Positions 1 to 11,600 of a DNA stretch of 64,000 nucleotides are shown piece after piece (the first letter of the stretch is position 1; every line of letters starts with the position of its first letter). This DNA comes from Psammoneis japonica (Eukaryota). The stretch spans positions 434,001 to 498,000 of the forward strand of contig QPGO01000022.1 of assembly GCA_008632985.1 (NCBI GenBank), written 5' to 3'. The translations under genes and the position numbers were made by a program. The notes under the pieces were generated by a model, which was not told the origin of the DNA, made no database searches, and was given only the letters and a program-made list of their open reading frames with translations.

Positions 1-481
1 CTTGTCTGTCTGGAGGTGATTGAGACTCACCCAGAGCCCAGCGGAGCCAATCGGAGCCAACAACAAGTGTCAAGATGAACCGCAGCAACATGTGAAGGAG
101 GACGCAGCTGATGGAATGCGGGCAGAGAAGGTGCCGGCATGCAAAGTGGCAGCATGGCTGTCGACAAGGCACCAGTTTTTAAGGTCTAATGGTGACAAAC
201 ATGGTGAGCATTTGCCAAAAGCACGTTGCTGCCTGCCTCCATTTTGGCAACATGCAAAAACAGCATGTTGCACATCACATGCAGAACCCAAACGGCGAGA
301 GTGGCCTCTCATGGAATTGCACACAATGACCCAGTCCTGGAAAATGGAGCAGTGTCCAAGTCACATGCACCATTTGAAACCTTGCCAAGTCACCTGCAAA
401 CAAATGCCAATTCGCTGACCTCTCCAACTTGAAACTAAAAAACTGTGAAAGCATGCCTGCCATCTGGTTGTCATCAGGTTT

Positions 482-1670
482 CTAATTTGCAGAGAGCTGC
501 ACAATGTGTCTGCACATTCTAAAGATTGGACTGCACTTGAGAGCCAACCAAGAGGCACCATTCATGTCCATTGATGTGTCGTCCATCAGCAGGCCGTGGT
601 TGCATGGGTTTCCTGGTCCGCCGTCATCCGTCATCCATTGTGTTCCTTCCAAAGCAAAAACAACAACAGTGTCAACAGCAACTGCAGCAGCAAGGGTGGG
701 ATTGACAGTGTCGGGCATGCCAGGGGGCCGAAACGCAGGTGCGGCGTTAGAATTCGTGACAGCATCTGTGGGAGGCGGTGGGGCGAGAATGAAAGAAGTG
801 TGAGTTACAAGCACTTCGTTGTGGACGTCATTGGCAAAAGACAACAACAGTGTCAACAGCACCTGCGGCAGCAAGGGTGGGAGCAACAGCATCGGGCATG
901 CCAGGGGGCCGAAACGCAGGTGCGGCGTTGGAATTCGTGATGGCATCTGTGGGAGGCGGTGGGGCGAGAATGAAAGAAGTGTGAGTTGTTGGCATTTCAT
1001 TGTGGACGTCATTGGCAAAATGCAATGACAGCATCAACAGCACCTGCGGCAGCAAGGGCAGGAGCAACAGTGTCGGTCATGCTGGGGGGCCGAAACGCAG
1101 GTGCGGCGTTGGAATTCGTGACAGCATCTGTGGGAGGCGGTGGGGCGAGAATGAAAGAAGTGTGAGTTGTTGGCATTTCATTGTGGACGTTGTTGGCAAA
1201 ATGCAGTGACAGTGTCAACAGTGCCTGCGGCAGCAAGGGCAGGAGTGACAGCATCGGGCATGCCAGGGGGCCGAAACGCAGGTGCGGCGTTGGAATTCGT
1301 GACAGCATCTGTGGGAGGCGGTGGGGCGAGAATGAAAGAAGTGTGAGTTGTTGGCATTTCATTGTGGACGTCATTGGCAAAATGCAATGACAGTGTCAAC
1401 AGTGCCTGCGGCAGCAAGGGCAGGAGCAACAGTGTCGGGCATGCCAGGGGGGCGAAACGCAGGCACGGCGTTGGAATTCGTGACAGCATCTGTGGGAGGC
1501 GGTGGAGCGTGCAAACAACAGTGTGAGTTTGCAGCATCTTATTTTGCACGCATCACACCCACGAGAACCGGAATGATGACATCACCTGTTGCATCAGTGT
1601 CATTGGCAACGGTGTCAGCAGGATCGGCGTCCTGGGAAGGCGATGGGGAAGAACCACGAGGCATCATCAT
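482..1670 (-). pseudogene. Degenerate intron-containing gene (probably transposon-borne) with five tandem 28-aa exons
   Basis: ATG at 1670 (MMMPRGSSPSPSQDAD...), donor CAG|GTGATG at 1585, and repeated acceptors with ACTCAC plus a pyrimidine tract ending CCCACAG|ATG. The 84-nt exons encode DAVTNSNAAPAFRPPGMPDAVTPALAAA. The true 3' end is unclear. Confidence 0.6.
640..1530. repeat. Tandem repeat, 181-bp unit x ~5
   Basis: The motif CCGAAACGCAGG recurs at 728, 909, 1090, 1271 and ~1452 (period 181). Confidence 0.95.
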
Positions 1671-1989
1671 GGTCGAGTCGACGAAACGCGTGTTTTTTGT
1701 GCGGAGAAAAAGAGCTCCCGAAAGTGCGCTTCCGACCCCTCGGTTTTTGGTGGTTAGAGTTTTAGGGGAGCTGTGGAACAGGAATTTTTGCTTGTGGAAC
1801 ACACACACACGTGTGGATGTTGACATTAAAACTCAACGCACGGCGAAGCCGTGTGCGCACAACCACGCACACACACACAGCTCCCCTGCCACAGGGGTGT
1901 GCTCCGGCGGTGAAAAAAGACGAAAAGTTTGGCGGTCCATTTTAATTAGAACTCGCAAATGTTTTTAAAAATAACCCGGATTCTTCGTG

Positions 1990-3714
1990 CTTCCTCCAGT
2001 GAGCGACAATTGTCCACGACGAAATGCCGTGTCATTCTTTTTGGGCCGTACATTGTGGCACTGCTTCTGCACATTTTTTGTTCACGCGCCACCTTTCGCG
2101 CCACCGCTAAAACTTTCTAGACTGAGCTGTTGAATCGCTTCTTTTGGCCCGACTGCAGCACAAAATGCCAATTTGATGCACCAGCAGGATGACACAGATG
2201 CTCTGGTGCCGATTCTAAGTGTGTGCCATCAATTCTCTAGAGACAGCACCTTCCAAAACAGCGCTGCTCCAGGTGCGCCTCGGCATCAAACAGCTCCTGA
2301 TTCTGCTCTAGCTCCGCCGTGAGATGCACTTCAGCATCCTCACATGAGTGGTCCATGTTGTTGACCAACATTGAAAGCTTGTTCTCACTCAGAAAATCTG
2401 CCGGGTTGCACCCGTCCCCAATGACATCCAGCGTCGGGTGTCCCACAGATTCTGTTCCACCAGATCAAGGTGCTCAATCACCTCCACTCCGGCGGGATTC
2501 TGCGTCTCTTCTGAGCCGCAAATGTGCTGAAAAAACTTCCAAATTCCACAGTGAAGCAATGACGAACACTTTACGAAATCATCCCTCCCATCACACTGAA
2601 AAACAGCACCCACCACTTGACTGTGGTGCACAAACGACCGCGCGATGGTTCCTTCGGGATTGCACTCATAAATGTGACGAACGGATGCCTGCAGTTGCCC
2701 ACCTGCAAATGTCGACCGCCATTTTCAAGCCCTTGGTCTTCAGTGACCCTCTTGGCCATTGCTGGAAAGAAACGTGCATCCCAAACATTGGTGAGTGGGG
2801 AGTTTGCGGTTGCGGTGCAAGCACTCCCAACTGCGCTGAGCGAATTCACGATCAACAAATGCCAACAGAACCGAATCAATGTGTGGTGTTGCATTGTCCC
2901 ATTGGAACAGAAGGTGCGCTCATTTCCCTGCATCGTTTTCCACCCTCTGAGCAACTGCTTCCATCTTCACCAACAGCATGTTGCGGAAGCAATCCAACAG
3001 TGCAAATTTCGAATTTCGTTCCGTCCCCGAATTCGATCCAGTGACCTCCCAATTCTGAAAGTGCTCCTCGCCTTTACGACACAACAAATCCTCTGCAACC
3101 TTTGGACAATGGAACATTCCACAAGCTCTGTGTGCGTGGTGATGCAAATCCTTCTCAGCCTTCACCTTTCCACCGGCACAAGCACAATCGACCTTGTGCG
3201 GCCACCTCTCTGAAAATCGTTGTTCTGTTGTCAATGTCAATGGCCGTCGAGTTTCATTCAGTGATTGCCGACAAGCACTTGCAGCCAATGATGCAGGAGA
3301 GAGCCATCTCAGGACAATGTCAAGACTGAGTCTGTTGTTGACTGCATGCTGCACATTCGCTCGCCCATTGGCGCCATTGAAACCCGCGACGACGCCGATT
3401 CCACATTCGCTGTCGGGTCGTCCCGCGTGCGGTGTTCCGGCACCACCCGCACCAATTGATTGGATGCTTGGATGTGGTGCAGGAGGGTCCATGGTGCAGG
3501 TGCATTGTCGCACGAAGTTGTGGTTGACGGCACGAGCAACATGTCTCATCGTCGCTGTGGCGGCAGCGGCTCCATGTGTGTTTTGATGATGTCGGGTCGT
3601 GGGTCGTGGATGAACTCCCTCCAAGCCAATTTGCACAGAAGCAGTGCCATGATGCACGGCCCAAAAAAACAACACGGCATTTTGTCGTGGACAATTGTCG
3701 CTCACTGGAGGAAG
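1990..3714 (-). mobile_element. Tc1/mariner-superfamily DNA transposon relic (plant-mariner/DD37-39D-like) with ~85-bp TIRs
   Basis: Inverted repeats at 1990-2073 (CTTCCTCCAGTGAGCGACAATTG...) and 3631-3714. Minus-strand transposase motifs FQWDNATPH (~2881-2907) and PQP-NSPLTNVWDARFFP (~2763-2818), with stops and frameshifts. TG flanks both ends where a TA TSD is expected. Confidence 0.8.
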
Positions 3715-6251
3715 TGCCAACGATGCACGCGTTCGCCAAAAATGTGCTCGCATGGGTCGAACTTTGTCCGTTTGCAAGATGTCATGGAATGCATGCACAA
3801 TGAACACAAAGGTTCGGGATCTCTAGAATGACAACTGCAGATGTGTCCATGGCCAGTCAAATGCCAATTGCTGGCCTTTCCTGGAAAGTCGCTGCTCATC
3901 TGCCACAAACAGCCTGATTTTGGCAAAAAACAGTGGTTTGTCGAATGTGACAACCGCACCCAATGCGACAATTGGCATTTGAAGGTTGATGAGTGTAGCT
4001 CATGTCAAGGTCCAACAGCCCTGATGGGGGCTGGACACACACACAAGTGTTCAGGGGTGCTCAGATGCATCGCAAAACAACACGGGTGAAGTGTGAGCAA
4101 ACCGTCGCATCACGAGCCATTTAAAAAAAAATGCCGCCAAACATCGATCCAGCCTCAACACCAGATGGGTCTCTAGAGGGCCCTGGCTAGAGAGAGTCTG
4201 CTCCCCATCATTTTCCAAGATTTTCCAGTCGTGAAACCTGACAACACCTGAGGCGAGTCCGAACCAATTGTGTGCTCCACCTCCAAACCCCACCCCCTTC
4301 AAGGTTCCAGATTCCTTCTTGGATCACAGCCCACTTGCCAATCACAGCTTCGCAGCACCTGGTGCAAATCCCACTGCGACAGTCAGTTTGTTGCCAGTCA
4401 GTCCCGGGAAGAATGGAAACGCCACCACAAGTTGCAGTCATGATCACGCAGGTCAGGCACTGAAAAGACTCAACGGCAAGTTCAATGCCATGACCTGCAC
4501 AGGCCCTGCATGCTGTGATTGTCGGGTTGTTTGCTGGCTGTGGTCAATGCCAGAACCTGTGTAGATTCTACGTGCTGTGATGAATGGACAATTTTGACCC
4601 CCCCCCCCCTGTCACACGCGGAAGCTTGAGGCGGAACACAGCTTTAATTCTGACTCACCTGACAACACCTGACGACATCATGCATTGCGTGTTTTTGCGC
4701 GATGTCACAGTTGTCCGGTCACAAGGTCAGAAAAATTTTGCAGGTTGAACGATGAGGAGTGCATGTTTTTCAATCACACACATTTGGTGCTTGACAAAAT
4801 GTGACCTGGCAGCCTCGCCTGAAAGGCGCCGCTGCTGCCATGAGACCCAGGCCTCAAGCAACTTGGAGCTGGCATGGCAGGCGCGCTCTGGATGAGTTTG
4901 CATGCCATCACCACGGTGACAACATGGAGAAATTGTCAAAAACCCGCCGGAGCCAATGACGACATTGACGCAGCAGACAAGGTGTCCAAACATTCGTCGT
5001 TTCTTGGGCCATCACAACAGAAGCTCTGTTGGACCCTCATCAACACACCACTGCAATCATCCATTCGGAGATGTGCAGTTCGGCGAGAAATGTTGAAACA
5101 TGCCGTTTTGCTTTGTCGTGACACCATGTTGCATGCAGACGACACATCAACTCACCATTTGCCAGATTTTCGGCACCCGCTGAGTGAAAGTCCAAGTTTG
5201 TTAAAAGGCAAGTGAGTTGAAAATCAAAATGGTGTTGTCAACGCATCTGAGGCTCACCACTTGTTGTCTCACTCAACTTTCTTGCCGCCACAGCCAGCTC
5301 TCACTGTCTTGCCCAGCATGAGCACACATCAACGAATCCAACATCGTCATCACATCGTCAAGCCCATTTGATCAATGGCATTGACCAGACGAACATTTTT
5401 GAAGAATTTGACAGTGCACATGCAATGCATTCAGCCAAGCATTCTTGAATGGGAGAGAGTCGGGCAGATCATGAGAGTGAAAATGAAGAATGAAGTTGGT
5501 GCGCGGTTCAAGAAAAAAGCAGTCAAACATGGTTGACAAAACACTCTGATGCTGTCACTCCACAGAGTGACAAATGACAGTGAACAGAGCTTCTCCCGGG
5601 CTTGCACACACTCTAGATTGATTGCAAAGACACAAGTGTCAAATCTGAAAATGGAAAAGTGCGGCTTGTGAGTGAGCATTCGTGGATTGCTTCACCCACT
5701 CACAGCATGAAAGAGGTCAGACACAGTTGTCACAAGGTCAAAGACAAATTAGAAAGCAGAACATTGCCATAAAATTGGTTTGTGATGATGTTGTCATCTA
5801 ATCTCGGTGTCGAGAAAGGGTCAATCTCACTTCATCGCACAGCGAGTCATGTGTCTTGAATCCCACATGACCCACTCGACTCAAAATTTTGGCAGAACTG
5901 GCTGGACTTTGACCCCAGCTAGAGCCACAAATTGCACAAGACCTGAGCATCATCAGTCTCATGCTCTTTAAACAGGTGCCTTGCGAGAATGTGGCGGGCA
6001 TGCATTGTTTGTGGCATCTGGCATTTCAAAATGGAGCTGGCTTTTCATGGAGCACCTTTGTCACACGGGCAAGTGCAAGAGTCAACATTCAGTGATTGGT
6101 TGGCAACTGACGTTCACCCCCATTCCAGGCCCCCAAAAGTGTGCTGAACTGCACATCTGGATGCTGTCAGTCGATCAAGGTGGGTGTTTGGTTCAAAACG
6201 GGGGGCTAATTTTTTTCACGTGGCATCATGAAGCTGGGACGGAAAGCTGCT

Positions 6252-6803
6252 GACGTGTTCCAGTCCCAGGTGACGCACAAAACGACAATTGATTTTGAAC
6301 ACAAATTGTGCATCTTTTGGTGCATGGAGCATTTTCATGTGAAGTGCTCGTGCGGATTGGCTTTTGTGGGCGGCCAGAGCATGAACATTTAAATGGTTTT
6401 TTGTGGGGCATTCAAGTCCTCATGGGACATGCATCACAAACTTCCTCAGCAGACTCAACACTGATTGTGCATCAGCAGATTTACACTGAGATTTCTTTGC
6501 AGGCAGAAAACCCACCAAGCAGCATCTTAAAAAGACACGTTTGGGTGACATCCAAATGACGGCAACATTTTCACCGAAAATCATCCGTTGTGTTGCGAAT
6601 CTTTTGACACAATGAAAAACACAGACAGCACAACAACAATGACCTTGCAACACTCACACGAGTCTTGTCAGTGTTGCAAAACATTTGTGTTTGCACGAGT
6701 CTGTGCTTTTGGTGGTGAAAGATCGATCGTAAGTTGGGGGCCGCAAAAATCGCACAAATGTTGTTTTGTGCACAATTTGGTTCACGTGCGGCTGGAACAC
6801 GTC
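6252..6803. mobile_element. MITE / non-autonomous DNA transposon, copy A
   Basis: Perfect 12-bp TIRs GACGTGTTCCAG...CTGGAACACGTC and a 4-bp TSD TGCT (6248-6251 / 6804-6807). Homologous along its length to 6973-7528. Confidence 0.9.
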
Positions 6804-6972
6804 TGCTGCATGATGCTGGATGTGCAGCATGTGCAGTGCTGCAGCCTGCAGAGGCACACGAAAAGTTTTGTTTGAATGAAAGCAATGACAATGGACAACA
6901 ACGCAACAGCTGACAACACACAACGCCAAAGCACGGGGAGAGCGGAGAGCGGAGAGCGGAGAGCGACCATGC

Positions 6973-7528
6973 GACATGTTCCAGTCCCAGGCAATGCACA
7001 AAACAACAATCAATTTTGAATGTAAATCATGCATCTTTTGGTGCATGGAGCATTTTCATGTAAAATGCTTGAGCGGATTGGCTTTTGTGGGCATCCAGAG
7101 TGCGAACATTTAAATGATTTTTTTGTGGGGCATTCAAGTCCTCATGGGACATGCATCACAAACTTCCTCAGTGGACTCAACACTGATTGTGCGTCAGCAG
7201 ATTCATGCTGGGATTTCTTTGCAGGTGGAAAACCCACCAAGCAGCATCACAGAAAGATGCACTTGGGCAACATCCAAATGACGGCAATGTTTTCGCCAAA
7301 AATCATCCGTTGTGTTGCGAATCTTTTAACGCAATGAAAAATGCAGATGGCACAGTGACAATGACATTGCAACACTCACACGAGTCTTGTCAGTGTCACA
7401 AAACATTTGTGTTTGCACAAATCTGTGCTTTTGGTGGTGAAAGATCGATCGCAAGTTGGGGACTGTGCAAAAATCGTGCAAATGTCGTTTTTGTGCACGA
7501 TTTGGTTCACGTGCGGCTGGAACATGTC
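6973..7528. mobile_element. MITE / non-autonomous DNA transposon, copy B
   Basis: TIRs GACATGTTCCAG...CTGGAACATGTC and a 4-bp TSD ATGC (6969-6972 / 7529-7532). Confidence 0.9.
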
Positions 7529-8061
7529 ATGCCAACAAAAGACAACCCAAGATCCAAAGAGCAGCAGGAGCTCAAAAGGAATGCCAAGAACACAAAAGGA
7601 AAGAGAAGGAGGAGAAAGCGATGCGCAAACAGGAGCAAAACCGGTTGCACAAACAGAAGAGTCGAGAGCGGCAGAACGAAGAGCAGATCGAGTGGGAGAA
7701 AGTCGCTCGAATCGAATGTCGAGAATGTGAAAGGCTGGAGAAGGTGGAGAAGCAGGAACGCCAATGAAAGCAAAACCGGGAGCGCAAACAGAAGAGCCGA
7801 GAACGGCAGTGCAACGCATCAGTCGTGGCCGACGGCAATGATGCCAAGACCACCAACGGCAACACGCAGCGCAACTTGAACACGGGTGTTGGTCGAGCAC
7901 CCAGACACAGTCCTGGCGATGAAGAAGCAAGTGCTCGAAGATGGAAGAAAGTGTCATTCCCCACACACGAACGCTCACATCATTGTCAGGAAGAGCGAGC
8001 AAACGTGAAACCAGGACAATTGTACGTGCGTGGATTCCTGACACTCCGTCTTGCCATCTGA
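7529..8061 (+). pseudogene. Relic charged/coiled-coil ORF whose ATG lies in the MITE B target site
   Basis: ATGCCAACAAAA (MPTKDNPRSKEQQELK...) followed by K/E/R/Q-rich frames broken by a frameshift and a TGA. Confidence 0.35.
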
Positions 8062-8182
8062 CTCAACAATCTTTCACCGACAGCGCTTCGTGCTTTTCTT
8101 CAATGAGGAGTCGTCTTGCTTGCTTGAGCGAGGTAGGAGTTGGTCGAAAAAGGCTTCTCTCTTCGTTCCACCATCCTCCATC

Positions 8183-8931
8183 ATGGATACCAAATCATTA
8201 CCGATACCTGACACACAGCCTATCTCTGCATCTTCATCGGTTTCGTTTGTGGTAACTGGATTTGGTCGGTTTCAGGGTGTAAGCAACAATCCTACCGCAG
8301 TTTTAGTGAGTCGACTGAAAGAATATTTAGAAATCCGAGATCAATGCCCAGAGCTCGCGTCCATCGTTACAACCCATGTTTTCGAGACTTCGGCAGAATG
8401 TGTCGAACGTGATCTGAATAATCTGTATGAGAGGATGGGCTCTTCCGGTCAAGAAACAAGTCCGTGTGTTGTCCTGTTACATTTGGGAGTGAATCATCGT
8501 GGAGAGCATTTCCAACTTGAGCAGTGCGCTTATAACGATGCTTCCTTTCGGGTGCCCGACGAAAGGGGCTTTCAACCTGATCAAGAATGTGTACTCTCTG
8601 AATCTTCTTTGGAACATGCTATGAATCCACTCTTGACCTGCAATGCTTGTGTGAGCAACTGAACGGAAAGTCGCCCGCTGGTGTATCCACTGTCATCAGC
8701 ACAAATCCTGGTAGATTTGTCTGCAACTACACGTATTGCTTCAGTTTAAGCAAGAGCGAGCGATACAACGAAACTAAAGCGTTTCAGGAGGGACGAGTCA
8801 TTGTGCCTTTGTTCATTCATGTTCCACCGTTCGATGTCGCGGACGAAGACGAGCAATTACAGTTTTTACATGATGCAATAAAGCTTATTCATGCGCAAGT
8901 CAAGCATCGAAATGTTGCTGTCGTTGCTTAG
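8183..8931 (+). CDS. PGPEP1: Pyroglutamyl-peptidase I (peptidase C15)
   Basis: Motifs VTGFGRF..NPT, LHLGV, LEQCAYN, PDERG, NPGRFVCNY and LFIHVP. One frameshift near 8620-8650. Confidence 0.88.
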
Positions 8932-9403
8932 ATTGAAGTCGTGTACTGCAGGGAGACCACTGTCGCGTGTTTTGATAGTCTTTTATTCAATCATATTCCA
9001 TGTAGAAGGTGGTGACTACCTGGTAGGGACTTTTCGTATCCTTATTCGGTGTCTTTGCAGATGAGAGGTTCAGATAGATAGGTTCACCTTTACCGTAGCT
9101 ACTTAGAATGACGATCTCAACAACGACTTTTCGTCTGCGGACTTTTGAATTGAATGAGATTCATTGTTTATTCTTGCAGTCTAGCTAATGTTGTGTCTGT
9201 AAATCTAATAGCATGTATCGACAACTCCAAGGCCTGAAACCACCACGTACAAGCTAGCGATGATCTTGCACTGGTTGCGTTTGCCGTAATCTTTATGGGG
9301 AGTGGGGTCGTCATCTCTATGTGGCGCAAATCATGTTTTGTCGTTTCAGAGAAAGTTGGCGGTGTTAGCGCCGGTGTACAGAAACTCAGCCTCAAGTAGG
9401 TTA

Positions 9404-10681
9404 CTACTGTCGGAAGATGCGCAGAACTGTGCACTGCACCTTGCAAATTGGACAGCTTGTCAGGTGCATTCCACACTGCTCACAGCAGACAATATGTCCG
9501 CAAGGGACTAGGACAACATCCATGGGCTTTTCGCAGCAAAGAATGCAGGCATCTTCTATGGTGGCTACAGATGATTCGTTCTCCCCATCTTCGACAATAT
9601 CTTGGTATGTGCCAACGGAGCTGGAGAGTGGTGTCTGATCCAGAGCAATACCACTTCGTAGCAAGATCTCAAGCGTTTGCTGGGCAAGAGTAGGGTCGCT
9701 GGTATCTCGCACCGAAAGGTTCCGGTCCACCACCAAATATCTAGAACAGTGGCACGAGATACACAAAAGTGAGGAAGTCCACGACACCCTTGTCGATAAT
9801 AAGCAATGTGAAGGGCTTACCGAAGGATATCAATCTTGGGCTTTCCAATCATAGCCATAGCGACGAGGGTTCTTTCGCTCGAAGTTTGAATTGAAAGTGG
9901 CCGACCAGTTCTCGGGTCAGCTCTGACAGAGACAGGACAACCGTGTGTCTCGACAAGCCATTTAAGAAGGGAAAGATTGCCACCAATAACGGCACAATGT
10001 ACTGGGAACCTAGGTATACGACAAGCGATAAGGACGCAGGGCAAGCAATAAAAACTGAAAGCTTCGTGATTCCACACAACAATAGAACAGACCTACTCAC
10101 ATTGCCTCGCGGTTAATGTTGGCAAAGGTACTTCGCAGATTAACATTACCCGTCTCTTGAATAGCAAATGCTGCGCTGGCATTCCCTTGTAGCAGAGCCA
10201 TACAGAACGCATTGCTCAGCCAGTCACATGAAGAACAGACACGGACGGTTAGCGACTTGCTGCTAACGTAGTAAGTTTTCGGGACCATGAGTCCGCCCCA
10301 GCGAGTAGAACATTTATCACATATACAAACGCCACAGTTGCGACAGTAGTACTGTGTTCGTCGATGATTGAAAATAGCCTTGCAAACAAAGCAGTGAGAT
10401 GCTGCTGGAACGACCATACGTGGAGGAGAATACGCCTTTGCGAACTTTCGAGCTTGTCGTTCACTGGCGAAACTGTATCGCAACGATTTGTTCTTTACGC
10501 CACTAGTCAAAGGGTCAACCGTGCTCTTGTTGATGGTGGCGATCCAGGAATGAGTTTCGACGCTGTAGTGCACCGAGAACTGCTGTAAAGTGCGCCGTTG
10601 AATAGATGATGTAGGCATGAGGCTCACACTGAACTTCGATGTGTTGCCATGACTGGAAGTCACAGCAGAAACGGTTCTCAT
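9404..10681 (-). CDS. FYVE zinc finger + C-terminal C3HC4 RING protein (2 introns)
   Basis: CFVC...YYCRNCGVCICDKCS...RVCSSC and CILCCEK...VPCGHIVCCEQC...CPIC. Donors GTGAGT (~10100) and GTAAGC (~9820). Confidence 0.85.
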
Positions 10682-11600
10682 TCGTCAATTTGTTTACTAT
10701 TGTGTGCCCCTTCTGGGTCTTGGTTTCTTTTTGGGAAAAGGATCTTTGATTCACTTCTATTCTGTTTTGCAACCCTACCTCTATGTTTTTGATGTTGACA
10801 TGAAATAGTTGTGTTGTTTGTGTTCGCGCATGCACTGTCGTGTTGCGAACGCAAATTGGGAACACTCCGTAGGCTTCAGTACCGACCTACGTGTGCATTT
10901 TCATTTATGGGACAAGATAGAATGACGTGTACATAGAAAAAGCAATAGGATTATCTCTCTTCATTGCTGAAGTACTTTAATATTATATCGCTCAATAGTT
11001 AATATTGATCTGCATAAAAATTAATTGATTTTGAATCGTACAAATATATGCTAAATAATCACACTTGAGTATGTAGGGCCCTACTGTATTCTTTTTTGGA
11101 GATTGAGATTCGTGCCTTCACGGACCACTGACGGACAGTTCACTTTCGTCGCACGATATACGAGCTCGCAGAACGCGTGATGTGGAGTGCCGGCCAGTCC
11201 GTGAGTGACAAAAAACTTTGAGACGACTTCTCCAAGACCCGAACAAATTGTGAGAAGGATTTACCGTTCATTAGACCGCGTTTTTCAGCGTGAGCATTAG
11301 TATCTTTTTTATTCTGATTGAAAGCTCGGTGTGGTGCTAAATGTATTGGGACTACCGTGAATTGCGGTCATCGCGAGAACTGCATGCTACAACGGTACCC
11401 CAGGTACAAGCAGTGCCGCACATAAAGTCATCACACTTCTTCTCACAACACAGTCTCGAGGCGTAGTTCATCCTGGAGGATCGTTTATCGACCCCTTGCT
11501 TTTGTTTCGAAACTCGCATAAATATTAGAGTAGGCTCTGTTGTAGGGAGCTTGTTGGTATTGAAGAAAGCGTCCAGTGCTGCACCACTAAACTCGTTTCC

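Larger units (their letters stand above)
1..8020. repeat. Nested transposon-derived block, TpA-depleted (CpG partly retained)
   Basis: Contains a mariner-like element, two MITEs and a tandem array. TA dinucleotides are nearly absent. ORFs are Cys/His-rich and almost Tyr-free. Normal composition returns abruptly near 8020-8200. Confidence 0.85.

Noticed and set aside
640..1530. CRISPR array or centromeric satellite
   Set aside because: There are no unique spacers, the context is eukaryotic, there are only five units, and an exon+intron duplication explains it.
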